Shown here: in pieces, positions 24,601-26,423 of the stretch | How the letters are laid out: every line of letters starts with the position of its first letter | Position numbering within the stretch: position 1 is the first letter of the stretch | Assembly (NCBI GenBank): GCA_024626585.2 | Contig: JANKJI020000004.1 | Span: 128,763,231 to 128,789,653 of the forward strand | Source: Ginkgo biloba | Taxonomy: Eukaryota > Plantae > Ginkgophyta | Length of the DNA stretch: 26,423 nucleotides | Direction of reading: 5' to 3' | The notes under the pieces: model-generated | Database searches by the model: none | Seen by the model: the letters and a program-made list of their open reading frames with translations, nothing else | What the model was told of the DNA's origin: nothing | Translations under genes and position numbers: made by a program

Positions 24601-25095
24601 AAAGTCTATATTTACAATATGAATATAATAGTGGAGTCATAATAACATATTATTATATAGTTAATGATATACACAAATCCTATGTAGTAAGATAACATGA
24701 TGTAAGAAGATAAGGATGGAAATAAAATGATAATGTATAAGGGTAATTTATGAATGAAATAAGTGTAAGATAATCTAAGTATAAGAACATGTGGTAATAA
24801 AAATGCATGATTGAGCTATAAGGAGCATGGAATAGAATATAAATTTATATGAATGTAAGAAAAAAAATATATATAATCGTATAAATGGATATATAAATAC
24901 ATGGATATGAAAAAGGGTGATAAGATAATTCCACCCAAAGATTAAGGTTCATATGAATATTGAAAAAAGGGGATAAAATTATTTGGAAAGATACCTTTCC
25001 ATAGAGAAATAATAAATAATGGATAACTAATATGGTACCAAAATAAATGGCAAGAGTAAAATAGTATGAAATGGAAGCCATCAATGATACCAAAT
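21700..25095 (-). mobile_element. Very decayed, internally deleted LTR retrotransposon (integrase and RNase H traces, PBS, LTR edge)
   Basis: Minus strand LTR end ...CAACA-TT-TGGTATCA (PBS 25085-25092, LTR edge 25095). Weak RNase H-like trace at ~23400-23750; CATCKVVK (integrase zinc-finger CxxC) near 22970-22992 followed by a W...MEF (W..ISMDF-like) trace. Order RH then INT fits Ty3/gypsy; boundaries approximate. Confidence 0.5.
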
Positions 25096-26423
25096 GTTGA
25101 TGTTATTATTAAAAAATAAAGTGTGGAGAGAAAGGGAGAGAGAGATCACACCATCCAAAGTACCTTAACCTCATCTAAAATTAAATAGTCATAAAAAGTT
25201 TGATCCAACCATTAACAAAGCATAGTGGTAGACATATCCTATCATCATGTATAAAATATGATAAAATACACATGTATATATATAGGTCCCATACTCATAG
25301 GCATGGTATAAATAAATTAATGATAATGTGATATCAAATAAAAATATAAAATATCATATGCTAATGGAAAATTTCATGTGGTAGATATTATAATGATGCT
25401 AATGATAAATGATAAACCATATAATACTCTATAAGTGTTTGAATGTATCATGATAAATTAGGCATGGATTTAAATAGTATGAATCATGAAATGAATTCAT
25501 AAATAAATGATCACTAAGGAAGTTGAATATAAAAATGTCTAAGAAAATAACAAAAGTCTAAATGAATGTAAATATTACATCTAGAGAAAATCATGCATGT
25601 GGATTACCCATACTTAATACCTAATGGAAAATTCTAAAATATGATTGAAACTATGAAAGGATATTCTAATTATGTATTTAAATATCTCAATTTTGTTTGA
25701 TATTGATGATCAATCCCTAAGAATATCAATATAAGAAATGTACATTATACGGGAGAATAATGATAAATATTCTATAGCTAAAGAGATCAATTGAATAAGG
25801 GGGTATCAAGATGTGTTTATGATCAATATGTAAACATACTAAAGTACATACTTATTAATGTCCCCTAAAATATTATGTCTCTAAAGATCATCTAAGATCT
25901 ATAGGGTTGTGAGGATTTTACTATATGTATAATAACTAATTAAATGAATTTTTGTTTGAATGTAATCCTAGCCATAGATTATTATGTGGACTAAGGAGAA
26001 AAATTAATAGGTAAAAAATAAAAGTATATAGAACATCATCATGAATGGTGAATATGACACATAATATTGAAAGGAAAATAAAGTAACCCTTCTTAAAATA
26101 TGATGAATATGGAAAAGAGGGGTAAATAGGAATATGACCCATTTTTAAGATGTATCAATTTATAAAAGAGTGAAGAATAGAATTAAATACTAATGTATTT
26201 TATGATAAGATGGGAAAGAATATAAGGCACACTATTTTTTGATAGAAAGGTATAAAAATGGCTAGGTTGAGAGAAAAATGTTGTCAGATTGAAGATTAAA
26301 AAATAAGAAGGGATCTTAGGGTGGGAGTTAATTAAATAATATGAAATAAATATGTAGTATTTAAGAGATTTGATTTATAGGTAGGTTGTATTTAAATTAT
26401 TTTTAATAACCACCTTGGAGCCA

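Overview
Very AT-rich, CpG-depleted land-plant genomic scaffold with many N gaps. The retroelement protease resembles gymnosperm families, but the taxon is inference only. It contains one credible protein-coding gene: a minus-strand SUVR3/SDG20-type histone-lysine methyltransferase (exon 4094-4889, terminal exon remnant 3550-3653; the middle of the SET domain falls in a 100-N gap). About 110 bp upstream of its ATG is a small, apparently complete non-autonomous Helitron (4998-5218). The rest is mostly decayed Ty3/gypsy debris (four remnants), two orphan gene fragments (one Ran GTPase exon, one LRK10-like receptor-kinase segment) and dispersed or tandem repeats. The most striking unexplained structure is a 230-nt fold-back at 16344-16573. 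All 10 transition differences between its arms are G:U-compatible on the + strand, as expected for a structured MIRNA-like transcript. I see no clear evidence of a novel multi-gene system.
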